Positions 39,281 to 53,620 of a DNA stretch of 64,000 bases are shown here, piece after piece (positions within the stretch are counted from its first letter, which is position 1; every line of letters starts with the position of its first letter). Position numbers and translations under genes: made by a program. The notes under the pieces were generated by a model. The model was given only the letters and a program-made list of their open reading frames with translations. It was not told the DNA's origin and made no database searches. This stretch comes from Octopus vulgaris. Its lineage: Eukaryota. Location: NCBI GenBank assembly GCA_951406725.2, contig OX597835.1:49104001-49168000 (forward strand), given 5' to 3'.

Positions 39281-39497
39281 AGCGGTGAGCTGGCAGAATC
39301 GTTAGCACGCTCGACGAAATGTTTAGCGGTGTTTCGCCCGTCACCACGTTCTGAGTTCAAATTCCTCCGAGGTTGACTTTGCCTTTCATCCTCTCAGGGT
39401 CGAAAAACCAAGTACCAGTGAAACACTAGGGTTGATATAATCGACTAGTCCCCTTCCCGCAAATTTTAGGCCTTGTAGCTATAGTAGAAAATATTAT
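39281..39497 (+). mobile_element. SINE family B, (TTA)-tail type, full length
   Basis: GCGGTGAGCTGGCAGAATCGTTAGC...GAGTTCAAATTCC...GCCTTTCATCC...AGGCCTTGTAGCTATAGTAGAAAATATTATT. Confidence 0.88.
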
Positions 39498-39579
39498 TTA
39501 GGAGTTATATATAAAAAATTGGTTGAAATATTTTCTGCTGCAGAATTATAACCGATTTATTGAACATAAATTTTAACAA

Positions 39580-39912
39580 CGGGCGTAACTGTATGGGAAG
39601 AAGCTTGCTTCCCAACCACATGGTTCTGGGTTCAGTTCCACTGCGCAGACTTCTACTGTAGCCTCGGGTTGACCAAAGCCTTATGAGTGGATTTGGTAGA
39701 CGAACACTGAAAGAAGCCCGTTGTGTGTGTCTTTGTGTCTCCCCACCACCGCTTGTCAACCGGTGTTGGTGTGTTTACGTCCCCGTATTCTAGCGGCTCA
39801 GTGCAAGAGATCGATAGAATAAGTACCATGCTTAAGAAAAAAGTACTAGGATACTTCAAGGAGGTGCTCCAGGATGGCCGCAGTCTAATAACTGAAACAA
39901 GCAAAAGATAAA
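39580..39912 (+). mobile_element. SINE family A, near full length
   Basis: Homologous to 15952-16350. Confidence 0.85.
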
Positions 39913-40445
39913 TGGTAACAAAATCTTATGTGGAGCAGCAAGAAGCCGGGTTGAGAGCCATTGCTCTGAAGAGCACATCTACCACCCACCCCACGTAATT
40001 GTTTCTGACAGGGACACAGCGATAGCAACTCGGAGGGTGGCAATGAGTAGTTTAGTCTTTAAATCCACTCCGGTACTGGAATGATACTTTATGTATATTA
40101 TCAACCCTGAAGGGATGAAAGGCGAAGTTGGCCTCGACGTGATTTGAACTCTAAATACAAAGGGGCGTAACACAACACCGCCAAACATTTATTTAATCTG
40201 TTGCTTTACTGAGCCTGCCGTCAGCCACCCTTAAATAAGAGCAACAGTGTCGTCAATGACATCCGATTCCACATACAGATGTCGCCACCACCCTGTCGCA
40301 CGACACGCCCCGAAACCAACACCACCACCTCCGCCAGCCACAGATGTTGTTTATATATATTTTATTTTAGGACTAAACATTATATTATTTCACTAATAAA
40401 TAATTTGGTGATTATTTTTAGAGCTACAAACTATATACATATATA

Positions 40446-40490
<45 letters not shown>

Positions 40491-40561
40491 CTATATCTAT
40501 GCATGTATATATATGTGTGTATATACGCACACACATACACACACATATACACACATACATA

Positions 40562-40619
<58 letters not shown>

Positions 40620-41005
40620 TATACACACACACACACATATACACATACACACATATATATATACACACAGATGGCAAGAGAAAGAAATATATGTATGTTT
40701 CTTATTGTGCACGCATGCGCGTGTATATGCGTCTATGCATATTGATATGCGCATGAGGGTGCTACCATAGTATTGGTATGTGCGTGTGTGTGTATGTGTG
40801 TGTGTGTGTGTATGTGCATGTGTGTGTATGTGTGTGTCTGTGTGTGTGTATGTGCGTGTGTGTGTGTGTGTGCGTGTGTGTGTGCGCGTGCGTGTTTCTG
40901 TGCGTGGTTCTCTTGATCTGACGTTTTTATGTTTGACACTTTTCCTTCAAAATATGTCCTCGTGCCGCGCCTTTTGTTTCATTCAAACCACCGCCACCGC
41001 CTCGT

Positions 41006-41067
<62 letters not shown>

Positions 41068-42077
41068 TCTCACCCTCTCTCTCTCTCCCTCTCTCTGTAT
41101 GCTTACTCTTTATTTTTCTCTCTGTTTCTCTTTCTCACTACCATGACTATTACGTCCACCACACACAATAAAACACCCACCGCTTATACAACTGTACCCT
41201 CTTCTACCTGCGCGAAATCCTTATTAGGCACACTGTCAGTTTCCTCCTCCTCCTCATCATCATCATCATCATCAAAACCATCATCAAATCGTCATCATCA
41301 TCATCTTCATCACTATCAAAAACAACAGCAACATCATCATCAGAATGAATGCAAAGCTTAAATTCTTTGCCAGAGCATTTGGGAGTCGATGGCGTCAGAT
41401 TAAAGAAAGCTTAAAAAAGATAAAAGTGAATCAGGAACATGTTCAAGGTGCTTTGAGTTCGAATCTCGCTGGAGTGAACTTTGTCTTTCATTCTGTTTGC
41501 ATTACTATTTAAAGGCGGCGAGCTGGCAGAGTTGTCCATCGTTGCGTTCTGAGTTCAAATTCTGCGCAGGGTTGACTTTCATCCTTTCGGGGTCGATAAA
41601 TCGCCTCTGCCCCGTAATCTCTGATTTCAACCAAAATTTAAAACCATCTAAAAATTAACTAAAGGCGATTCCACCATCACCACTACCACAACCTTCTCTC
41701 TCTCTTTCTTTCTCTCTCTCTTTCTCTTATTCTTTCTCTGTCTGCCTCTCTTTATCTCTGTCACTCTCTCTCTCCCTCCCTTTATCTCTTTCTCGCAGAA
41801 TTGGTTGAGTTATCCTGTCAAAAGAACCTGAAAGATCAGTTATCTCCAAGCAGAAATATAATCTTAACACTCCTGGAACAATATATATAACTTTTCAGAT
41901 AGACATATCTCACATTAAATCTCTGACCGAAGACAATTTTTTTTTTCTTTTGTGATACAGAAATGCTAAATTAACGATTGACGAATGGGATTTTCGAATT
42001 TTACAGGAGTTTCTCGTTGGGCTCCCAAGTTTTCCGTTATCGCTTTTTGACCCTAGTAAAGTGTAGTTTTACCAGGG

Positions 42078-42122
<45 letters not shown>

Positions 42123-42249
42123 GATATTATATCTGTGTGTGTGTGTGTAGATAGACAGAGAGGCAGATAGATAGATACATACATACACATATACATACAT
42201 ACATACATGCACACATACACACATACATATATACATATATACATATATA

Positions 42250-42533
42250 GTGCAGGCGCAATGGCCCAGTAGTTAGGGCAGCGGACTTGCGGTCGTAGGA
42301 TCGCGGTTTCGATTCCCAGACCGGGCGTTGTGTGTGTTTATTAAGCGAAAACACCTAAAAGCTCCACGAGGCTACGGCAGGGGGTGGTGATCCCTGCTGT
42401 ACTCCTTCACCACTCTTTCTCTCACTCTTTCTTCAGTTGGCCTGCTCGCTTAGCCAGCGGGGTGACGTCATTCGAAGGCTAAAACAATGCGAACGCATTG
42501 TGACCAGCGATGTGTAACAACATCTGATGGTCT
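42250..42533 (+). mobile_element. SINE family C
   Basis: Reverse complement of the 31347-31645 type. Confidence 0.88.
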
Positions 42534-42802
42534 TAAAAAACATATATACATACATGCATACATAGATCCGTATATGACATGTTAGAAAGTAAGTGATCAA
42601 ATCCGCATTGAAGATTGGGTAATTTTTGTAATAGTAGACTACAGTGAATACGATACCAATGATTGCATGCGAACAAATTTGCAGTTGTTCAAACATACTT
42701 CGAATGGTACTAGCATCCGCCCCCCCCCGAGTGAAAACATGGTCGCCAAGATTTCATGGTACACATACATGCGCGTGTGTGTGTTTGTGCGTGTGTGTGT
42801 GC

Positions 42803-42859
<57 letters not shown>

Positions 42860-42914
42860 TATGTGTGTATGTGTGTGTGTGTGTGTGTGTGCTGTGTGTG
42901 TGTGTTTATAACCA

Positions 42915-43205
42915 ACTAACCGGCTTGTCAACCGGTTTTCGTGGGTTTTCGTCCCTATGACTTAGCGAGAGACCGATGAAATAAGCACCAGGTTTTACAC
43001 AAAAAAAGTGCTGGGATCGATTCGTTCGATTCAAGTTGATGCTCCAGCAGGGTTGCAGTTCTATGTTCAAATTCCGCCGAGGTCGAATTTGCCTTTCATC
43101 CTTTCGGGGTCGATAAATTAAGTTCTAGTTCCTTACTGGGGTCGATATAATCGACTGATCCCCTCCCCAAACATTTTGGGCCTTGTGTCTAGAGTTAAAA
43201 AAGAA
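42915..43205 (+). mobile_element. SINE A 3' half directly followed by SINE B core and tail
   Basis: ...GATGCTCCAGCAGGGTTGCAGTTCTAT|GTTCAAATTCCGCCGAGGTCGAATTTGCCTTTCATCCTTTCGGGGTCG. Confidence 0.8.
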
Positions 43206-43585
43206 TATCTATTTATTCAGGAGAAACTCGCGTCCATCTTTTTTAATTGCTTGCTAATGAAGGCCTCGTTTGCACAAACAGTAAATCAATGTGATGATGT
43301 AATCCCTTTGTTACAGTAATTGATGAGGATTGCTCTTATGTTAACTTTTGTCAGCATAATATATAAGTCTGCGTATTCGTATAAATATACACACACACAC
43401 ACACACAAACGCACAAACACATATAAATACATAGGTATTTATGACATATACATACAAGCATTATATATATGCAAACATATATATTATATACTACATATAT
43501 TTATATATATATTATACATAGACGTTTACATATATAAATATATATATACAGACATATACACATATATACATACATACATACATAA

Positions 43586-43667
<82 letters not shown>

Positions 43668-43975
43668 CTTTTTGTCTGGGTGAAGTTATGTGGGTTTCTA
43701 ATGTGCGCACTCAGAGAAATGTAGTATAAGAGTGTATATGTGCGTATACATATGTATGTATGCATATATGTATATGATTACATGCCTTTGTATGTCTTTG
43801 ACATACATACAAATATCTGTTGTGTGATCATTTGCCCGATTTTTTTTATTCATATATATATATATATATATATACGCACACACGTCACTTCGCCTTTTTT
43901 GTCGTTGTTTTAAGCAATATTGCTTCTTTATTTCTTTATTTATACGTTTATTTAATTATATATATGTGTGCGTAT

Positions 43976-44039
<64 letters not shown>

Positions 44040-44335
44040 AACACGTTTGTTTATTTATTTGTTATCCAACGTTATGTGGGTTATTTCTTGCTAATGTCAC
44101 GAATTATGAAACTGGCTTTCAAGGATTCAATTTCAAATACAGAACCATTTCATTGTCGCCAATGTCTCCAAGACTTCTCCTCCACCTCTTTTACTCTCCT
44201 TCTCTTTCTTCCTCTCTCTCTCTCTCTCTCTCTTTCTCTATCTATATCGTCCTTTGACTCTTTGACTCTTCCTCTTTTACTCCCATTTCCTTTCTCTTGA
44301 TATCTCTCGCCGCTCATTTATATATATATACATAC

Positions 44336-44375
<40 letters not shown>

Positions 44376-44459
44376 ACGTATTTATATATATAATTGTATA
44401 TATATATATTAAACATTCATTTATAGAAACATATATGTACATACACATGCATAGATCAA

Positions 44460-44538
44460 TGCATACATACGTACATACACATACACACATACATACATAC
44501 ACACACACACATACATACATACACACATCATACATAAT

Positions 44539-44571
<33 letters not shown>

Positions 44572-44810
44572 TACACACACATGTATATACATACATACAT
44601 ACATACATACATGCATACATACATGCATAGATACATACATACATACATACATACATACATACATACATACATACATACATACATACATACTTATATACAT
44701 ACATACATACATACATACATACTTATATACATACATACATACATACATACATACATACATACATACATACATACATACATACATACTTATATACATACAT
44801 ACATACATAT
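44460..44810. repeat. (CATA)n compound microsatellite
   Basis: Direct reading. Confidence 0.95.
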
Positions 44811-44913
44811 CCAAGGCGAATTCCTTTGGAAAGTCTTGTGAAACGACGGCAGCAGCTCTGCTATATTTATCAGGACCACCATGCTTGGAATCAAAAATTA
44901 CGAGACAGACAGC

Positions 44914-44980
<67 letters not shown>

Positions 44981-45227
44981 ATCACTAGCACTTGGGGACG
45001 AGCACAGCACCCACATAATTATACACACTTACATACATCTACACATACACACGCGAGCAAACACCTCTTCATACATATACGCATGCAGTCAAACGTACAT
45101 ACATATTCTCACTATCTCCGTCGTACACATAAACACACAGACACGCGCGCACATTAGTATCCCTGATACTAATATCACCACCACCACTACTACTGCTGCT
45201 GCTACTGCTGCGACTACTACAACAACA

Positions 45228-45260
<33 letters not shown>

Positions 45261-45399
45261 GTAATTATTATTAGTATTATATTTTATTAGGCGAAGCAGT
45301 GAGATAAGTACGGGCCTAGTTCAAATCGCCCCCAGGGATTTTGCTGTTGTCGTCGTTATGCTGTTGTTTCTGTCGTAGTTTTGTGTGAGGGTGAAGGAC

Positions 45400-45444
45400 C
45401 TGCTGGTCAGGGCGTTGCACTCACGATCCTGCGCCCGATGGTCG

Positions 45445-45500
<56 letters not shown>

Positions 45501-45960
45501 CATGCATGCATGCACGTATGTGTAAATGTAATTAGGCAGGTAGATAGGTACGCAGGTGGGTAGGTAGGTAGGTAGGTAGGTAGGTAGGTAAGTAGGTAGG
45601 TAGGTAGGTAGGTATGTAGGTAGGTGGGTGGGTGTGTAGGTAGGTAGGTAGGTGGGTGGGTGGGATTTTAGGTGGGTGGGTAGGTAGGTGGGTAGGTAGG
45701 CAGGTGGGTGGGTGGGTGTGTAGGTAGGTGGGTGGTTTTGGGGTGGGTGGGGTTTTAGGTGGGTGTTTAGTTATTCCTGCGCCGTGTGGTGCGTTGTGTT
45801 CTTGAGCAAAACACTTCACCCCTCCTGTTGCTCCGCCATCACTTCCGACACCTGACGCGTCGCACATCGTGCCACCTGATTGTAGGACTGAGCCAGTGTG
45901 TGAAACATACCTTTGATCACTATAAGCGAATCCTTGGTGCAGGTCATTCAACCTGGAACT
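45400..45960 (+). mobile_element. Family D-like SINE split by a ~330-bp compound microsatellite ((TG)n, (GGTA)/(GGGT)n)
   Basis: Head GGTCAGGGCGTTGCACTCACGATC ends ~45443 and resumes ~45772 ATTCCTGCGCCG...TGTTCTTGAGCAAAACACTTCA. Confidence 0.55.
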
Positions 45961-46089
45961 ACCACACAGAACAGTTATTGCTGTTGTTATTGTTGTTGTT
46001 GTTGTAACTGTTGCTGTGGTGATTGTTATTTTTGTTGTTGTTGCTGTTGTTGTTCGTAGCGTTGTTATTGTTTAGCCCAGGTCAACCAC

Positions 46090-46412
46090 TGCAGGCACGT
46101 GGCTTAGTGGTTAAGGGCATTCGGATCGCGACTGTATAGTCATGAGTTCGATTCCTGCTGGCGCGTCGTGTCCTTCAGCAGGACACTTTATTTTCACGCT
46201 GCTCCAGTCCACTCACACCTGGCAAAAAAAATAATAAGCTGTACCTGTAACTCAAAAGGGGCCAGCCTAATCACAACTGGGCTACGCCGAATCTCCCTGA
46301 GATTAATGTTGCGCGTGTCTGTGGAGTACTCAACCACTTGCACGTTAATTTCCCGAGCAAGCTGTTCCGTTGATCGAATCAGCTGGGAGCCTCGTTGTCG
46401 TAAGCGACGGAG
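46090..46412 (+). mobile_element. tRNA-derived SINE
   Basis: TGGCTTAGTGGTTAAG A box, GAGTTCGATTCC B box, TGTCCTTCAGCAGGACACTTTATTTTCAC. Confidence 0.75.
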
Positions 46413-46957
46413 ACCCAGTACTCGTATCCATCAATACAGGACCATTGAACCGAAAGCATACAGAGGCACCTGTCTTGATAAACGAAGCAGATGAGTCAAC
46501 GGGAAACAGTAGAGATGATCAAGAAAATACGTGATAACAGAAGCTTTGCTGCTGTGGGTCGCGAGTTTGGTGTCAATGAATCTAAACATTCGTTTCATTT
46601 ACAAAGTGCGTGGAGATATTTCATTTATCGCTGATTCGTTTATCACTGTTTCTTTACCAAATCCCCGTGATAAACAAAGATAATGTAGATTATGCCACTA
46701 ATTAAATTGTTCCTCCCTTGTCATTGAGTGTAACCCTGGTCCCGCCTGACGATTGCCTCAACACTACAAACCTCCTTGCATCGGATAGAGCAATTCTTTC
46801 ATACCTGTTTTTTCTTCTTTCCCCCTGTCTCTCTCTCTCCTTCACTCACACACACACACACATACCGAGAAGGAAATCATTCGTTTCCTTCTTTTAGCTA
46901 TTTATATTTTTGCTTCTCGGGCCTTCCTTCCCCCGCTCGCTCTTTCTCTTTCGGTCT

Positions 46958-47017
<60 letters not shown>

Positions 47018-47412
47018 ATATTTTTTTCAGTTTATTTATCTTCTAAGTATTAAAAGACAAAAATCTCCGACCTTATCTCATCAAGTGCCATGTCCGAAAC
47101 ATATCCCATTTCTTTCTCGCCGTTCAACACTCCTCACTCCATAATTCTTTCTCTCTCTGCCTCTGTGCCTGTACGTATTTATATATTCATACGTGTGTGT
47201 ATGTGTGTATGAGACAGACAGACAGACTGGATGTTACTTTGCCAATATATGATATGACACTTTAGAAAACATATAAAATATATGTAAGCGGTCAACCATT
47301 GAATACTAAATGGGCTAAAGGAAAATTGATGGGAACATATACGTATATATGCTGAATACACACACACACACAAACGCAGAGTATATGTATGTGTGTGTGT
47401 GTGTGTGCATAC

Positions 47413-47504
<92 letters not shown>

Positions 47505-47507
<3 letters not shown>

Positions 47508-47672
47508 CGACAAGATTTTACTTTCAGTTTCCGTCTACCAAATCCATCCACAAAGCTTTGGTCGGCCCGGATCTATGGTAGAGAACACTTACCCAAGGTG
47601 CCACACAGTGGGACTGGACCCAGATCAGTGCGGATGGAAAGCAAGCTTCTTCCTACACACCCACGCCTGCGC
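47505..47672 (-). mobile_element. SINE family A, 5' half
   Basis: CTTTCAGTTTCCGTCTACCAAATCC...CCCAAGGTGCCACACAGTGGGACTG. Confidence 0.82.
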
Positions 47673-48694
47673 CTATATCTACTGTAATCGATAATGTAAT
47701 GTTATAGGCAATGGATAGAAAGAATTACAAGAGGGTTATGGTATCGATTCCGGTACTTTGTGATCTGAGTTGAAATCCCTCAGACGTCAACTATACCGTT
47801 TATCTCTTTAGGGTTCTTAAACGATCCGAGCACTGACATCGTTGGTATTGACAAACGCCCGGTTCTACCCCTAAAATTGCTGGCCTTGAACTTAAACTGG
47901 AAACTACCACGAATAAAATGGTAACAATGGTTTGTTGGTAGAGTCGCTACAGCAGCGGATAAAATGTGTTTCTTATGGTTGCTCTTCACGTCTTGAATTC
48001 AAATCCCGCGCAAGCTAATTTTGATGCTCATTCATCTCTTCAGGGTACATAAAATAAAGCATCGACCAAATACGAGTGCAGGGGTGACGTAATCGACTAG
48101 AATCCCTACCGCACATGCAGATGCGCATACACATACAATCTGGACTCGTGCCTATACATACACAAAAGGCAAAACCGACCTAAATCTGTAGTAATAAACG
48201 GCTAACTTCTAGGCTTCAAATGCATCTTCATATTGGCTGAAGTGGAAAAGTTTTGCTGATCTGGAAATGCTTCCAAGCTGAGTTGAAAGTCCAAGAATTG
48301 GTAGATGCGTTTCTTATACGAAAAACACACGATATATATATATATATATATACAAAATGGGACAAGAACGCAAAACATCCAGATAGCCTTTAATCTTCAG
48401 TCAAGAACTGGATCATCCTCGCAATTTCGGTTGATTAATCTTGAGATTGCTCCAATCTGGCCAGCCCCAAGGAAAAACTAATCTAAGAGCATTAGATTCC
48501 TTGGAAAAAGGATCGAATGTATACGAAACAAGGACGGAAAAATGGACGATGTTGCACTAATATAAAAACAAAAATAATAAAAAAAACAATAATAATAATA
48601 TATATGTATATGTATATGTATGTGTATATATATATATATATCTATAGATATATATATGTGTGTGTGTGTGTGTGTATATGTATGTATATATATA

Positions 48695-48746
<52 letters not shown>

Positions 48747-49932
48747 CATATATTAGAGATGATTGTTGTAACTGTGGGTGGTCATGAGTTACATAGGCCG
48801 TATGTATATGAATGTGTATACTATATATATATATAGATATAGATATAGAGTGTGAAGGTGAAAGAGAGATAGATACATACATATATACATACATACGTAT
48901 ATGCATGAATACATACATATCTGTGCGTGTGTAAAGATAGACATATGAAATTATATAAACACACTTTTATCACACATATGTATATATACGTATATTATTC
49001 AGTATTAAACATAATGAATTTCCCCCTGTTAAAATCAGACCACCACTGACGACTGGTGCCTTTGGAATATTTCGTGATTAGTTTTGACACTCCTGTCACC
49101 TCCAACAAGATTATGAACACCATCCAATCAACACTATCATCATCATCATTGTCATTATCATCACCATCATCATCAACATCGTCATCATCATCAACGTCAT
49201 TATCATCACCATCATCATCAACATCGTCATCATCATCATCGTCATTGTCATCACCATTATCATTTAACTGTTTGCGCTTTCTCTTCTTCATCTTTTTTTC
49301 TTATATTCACCTAATGTAATGCGGAGAAACTTCTAAAATATTTCGTGTTGATAACATTAAACAGATTCTTCACATTATGAAGAGAGAAAAAATAATTACC
49401 ATAAGCCGAAGCATGATGACTGAGTGGTTCCAAAGCTCATTTTGCAACCAAGTGGTTGCCAGTTTAGTTTCACTGCGCGACACGATGCACAGGAGTCTTC
49501 TGCCATAGCCTCCGGCCGACCAGGGGTCTTTTGTGTGTGTCACCCACACACAGTTACCACCATATGCACACATGCTACTACGCGGACGCACACACACATA
49601 CATACACACACATGTCACCATACACACACAGATACCAACCATTCTTCACACTCTTTTGTCCCAGAAAGCACTTTCTTTTTGTTCATCTACTTCCGGTCAT
49701 TTCAAAAATGTAACTACACGTGGACTGTAGGCCATCATTTTTTCCCTCCTTCTTCCTTTTCTATTGGACTTTCCTGTCTCCTGTTTCCGAAGACGAGCTT
49801 GAAATGTAAAACAACCTTTCTTTCCTTCCCTGAGCGTCTTATTAAATATTTTGCATGCACCTGCCCTCGTGTTGTTGTTTTATTCTTGTGGTCTTTTTCC
49901 TCCTTTTCTTTTGTTAATTACACACACACACA

Positions 49933-50054
<122 letters not shown>

Positions 50055-50137
50055 TCTTTTATTCTTTTGTTTCATTCATTTGACTGCAGCCATTCCAAGT
50101 AATTTCATATATATATATATATGTATGTATACACTCA

Positions 50138-50201
<64 letters not shown>

Positions 50202-50339
50202 AAAAAGTCAGGCGAAATGAGAAGTGAATATTTTAGCCACTCGATATCCTTAGCATTACGGCCGTTTCGCACCCTTCGTCATATAGTAAAAATTTCAGTG
50301 TATAATAAATGATCTTACATGTCTACACCAATATGTACG

Positions 50340-50680
50340 CTACACGTTGGACAGTACAATTGCACAAAATCAATATTTTCCTTGATAGTGGAAGTTGCAA
50401 GACGTCCAGAACTTTGGTCATTTCGAAGACCCCGTTCCCCTCCTAAATTCAGGTACCTACTTTTGCAGTTGATAAAACTGGATAAAACTGCAGTTGATAA
50501 AATTCATTTATCTATCAACCTGGTCAGCATGAATGTGTACGGGGGCTAAATCCCATTTTTGGCAGCAAGTAGCACCACGATGCCAAATCCTGTGCATTTT
50601 CAAGAGAAATATCTACAAGTTACTTTTGAAGTTTTCTTTGAACAATCAGACGTCGGTTGTTAATAAGATGAGTTGAAATT
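50340..50680 (-). mobile_element. mariner transposase N-terminal remnant
   Basis: MHRIWHRG...LAPVHIHAD...LST...EFRRG...NDQSSGRLATSTIKENID (degenerate HTH and RSGRP region). Confidence 0.6.
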
Positions 50681-52484
50681 TGAAATTAAGGAATAGATTT
50701 TGCAGCTCTAGCATCATTCCTTCATAGTCAATCAATGAACTTTTCAGCCCATTTTCGTCTTAAAATATTAACAGACTGACTGACAGGCAGACAAACAGAG
50801 ATGAAGAGGAAGGAGAAAGAGAGAGAGAGAGAAATGGAAAGAGCGTAACTACACAAGGAATGTGAAAGATAGGTTTGTATAAATAACTTGTTTCAGATCT
50901 ATTCGGTTTGGCTACCAGCATCAATTTCTGTTCGAATTGATTTCATATTCCGTGTAATGATAGACTTTTATAGTCTAATGAATGACGTGAAAATTATTTT
51001 CGATATAAACAAATAAATAAAGAGTTATTAGCAATTAAAGTTTCAAAATTTTGGGTAACTTTAGCCAATCGTGAGCTACATTCATGCCTGTTTCCATAAT
51101 AAGCCAAACATGAGAACTCTTTTGTCAACTCGTGTTGACAAATATATTCTACGCGATGCAACGTGCGTTGACCCTGTGTTCTGGTGCTTGTGTCCATCAG
51201 TTGCTTGTACCCTGGTCATGAGATGTGCTAAAAATAACAGCTAAATAGGCCTTAAATCAGCTCCGCCCCCATTAAAAATTTTTTGCATAATCGTATGAAT
51301 TCTCAGGTGTAGAATACAAATTCGCGAAAATTTTCTGAAAATTCCAAATTTAAAAAAAAATTATGAGGGGTTACAAGTCGTACGTAAAGCAGAATTTGAT
51401 TTGTTTACAATTTCATATAAAAATATGTGCTATTTTCGGAATGTTAACAACACGTTCACTCACACACAAAATGACAGCTTCCAATCTCTGTTTCTTGACT
51501 GGGTGAATATAATCAAACTTTGAATCGCTACATTTTTAAAAACATTTTTCTGAAATAAATCCAGCAATTCAGCTTGGAAACGTATATTAATGTGCCAAAT
51601 TTAAAACTTTTCGATAAACTTTAATTTTTGAAATGCTGGCAGCCAAACCAACTATTTCAATCATTAGACTGCGGCCATGCTGAGGCACCACCTCCAAGAA
51701 TTTTTAGTCGAATGAATCCACTCCAGTACTATTCTTTTATTAAGCCTGGGGTCTATCGGTCACTTTATCAGTCACACACACACACACATTGTCGGGGGTC
51801 GGCCCAAGGTTATAGTAGAAGACATTTGCTCAAAGTTGAGTAACGCTTCCACGCTTAGATTTGTAAGCTATGATAAGAATAACACTGGTCAACAAAGAAT
51901 TTATCTCAAGGAAAAGAATACCTTTATCTGGTATGTTTTGGCATGCAGAATTCAAAAATAATGTCAAATTATCTGTATCACCCACAGTTTCTCTGTTCCA
52001 TGATATCCCTCTCAGTTCCTGTTATGTGGGCTAAATTTCAATTAAGCTGTTGAAATGTAAAGCTAACGGTTTAATAAATACTCCTAATTAAAATTTTTAT
52101 GAATAGAATTAACCTAGTAAAATCATAAATCCAGCTATTTGAGTCAATGAGTCCCAAAAATATATGAAATGAAAAATATGTAAAAACACTAACACACAAA
52201 AAAATTAAAGCAAAAGAATTTCGTGGTGTGAAGAATAAAGTGTGAAAAATCAACAAAGACAATAGCGGCACAAACAACATTGAACCACAGTGTGTGGTTG
52301 CCATGCTAACGAGCTGCTAATACCATTCTATCTGTTGATTGGCTAAAATTACCCAAATTTCCCAAATAAAATAATTGGTTGATCGTAACCAAAATTCAGA
52401 GTTGTATCGATAGACCAAAATTGAAAAGAATCTGAGCAAAATTAAGTGGGGGGCTGATTTTGCGAATGAGAAAGACTAGATCCA

Positions 52485-52514
52485 GCAAGAAATCTTGAAA
52501 TAATCTGAATAATG
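52485..52514 (+). mobile_element. Extreme 3' end of the RLE-type LINE family
   Basis: GCAAGAAATCTTGAAATAATCTGAATAATG then (ACAT)n, same end as 53590-53620 and 58992-59022. Confidence 0.7.
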
Positions 52515-52730
52515 ACATACATACATACATACATACATACATACATACATACATACATACATACACATACATACATACATACATACATACATACATACAT
52601 ACATACATACATACATACATACATACATACATACATACATACATACATACATACATACATGCATGCATACATACATACACATACATACATACATACATAC
52701 ATACATACATACATACATACACACACACAT

Positions 52731-52761
<31 letters not shown>

Positions 52762-52836
52762 TACATACATACATACATACATACATACATACATACATAC
52801 ATACATACATACACACATACATACATACATACATAT

Positions 52837-52867
<31 letters not shown>

Positions 52868-52970
52868 CATACATACATACATACATACATACATACATAC
52901 ATACATACATACATACATACATACATACATACATACATACATACATACATACATACATACATACATACAT
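52515..52970. repeat. (ACAT)n microsatellite
   Basis: Direct reading. Confidence 0.97.
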
Positions 52971-53620
52971 CATAAAAGAAATAAAAACCCACAGTATGGT
53001 AGAAGCCATTGTCCCTCATAATAAAAAGGAGTACTGGTGGAATGTCCCAGTGAAGATCTCAATAAAATGTAAGCACAACAGACCTGATATAATGATTTGG
53101 GATTGAGAAGAGAAACTGTGCACAGTTGAGGAAATTAACTGCTCAGTGAATGTTAACATAAAACTGAAGATCAGTGAAAAAGAAAATACCTACGCTGAAC
53201 TATCTGCAGTCACTCTATCCAGATTACAAGCTCAGGTTTATACCTGTAATTACTGGAGCCTTGGGATATGTAACACTGCCTAAATACCAATGTTGAGAAA
53301 CTAGGCTTCTCAAAACCAGAAAAGAGGAAGCTAAATGGAAGACTACAGATTCAATCCGTCATTGGAACTGTAGAGATCTGTAATACTTTCCCGAAGTTTA
53401 TCATTTAAAAATATAAGAGCATGTCTATATATGCAACTACATGCATGAGAATACATAGATAAAGCAAAACATACAAATCCACACATATACATACATGCAT
53501 ACATACAAACAAAAATACCCAGTTGTTGATGTTGAAATTCCAATGAAGGAGCCTTGAATCTAGGTTAGAAACCGGTTCTTTCTCTATTGGCAAGAAATCT
53601 TGAAATAAAACTGAACAAGG
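52971..53620 (+). mobile_element. RLE-type (R4/Dong/NeSL-like) non-LTR retrotransposon, 3' fragment
   Basis: YWWNVPV..KCKHNRPDIMIWD*EEKLCTVEEI..EKENTYAEL..FIPVITGALGYV..GTVEICNTFPKFII* (PD-(D/E)xK endonuclease, stop 53406-53408) plus 3' UTR. Confidence 0.8.
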
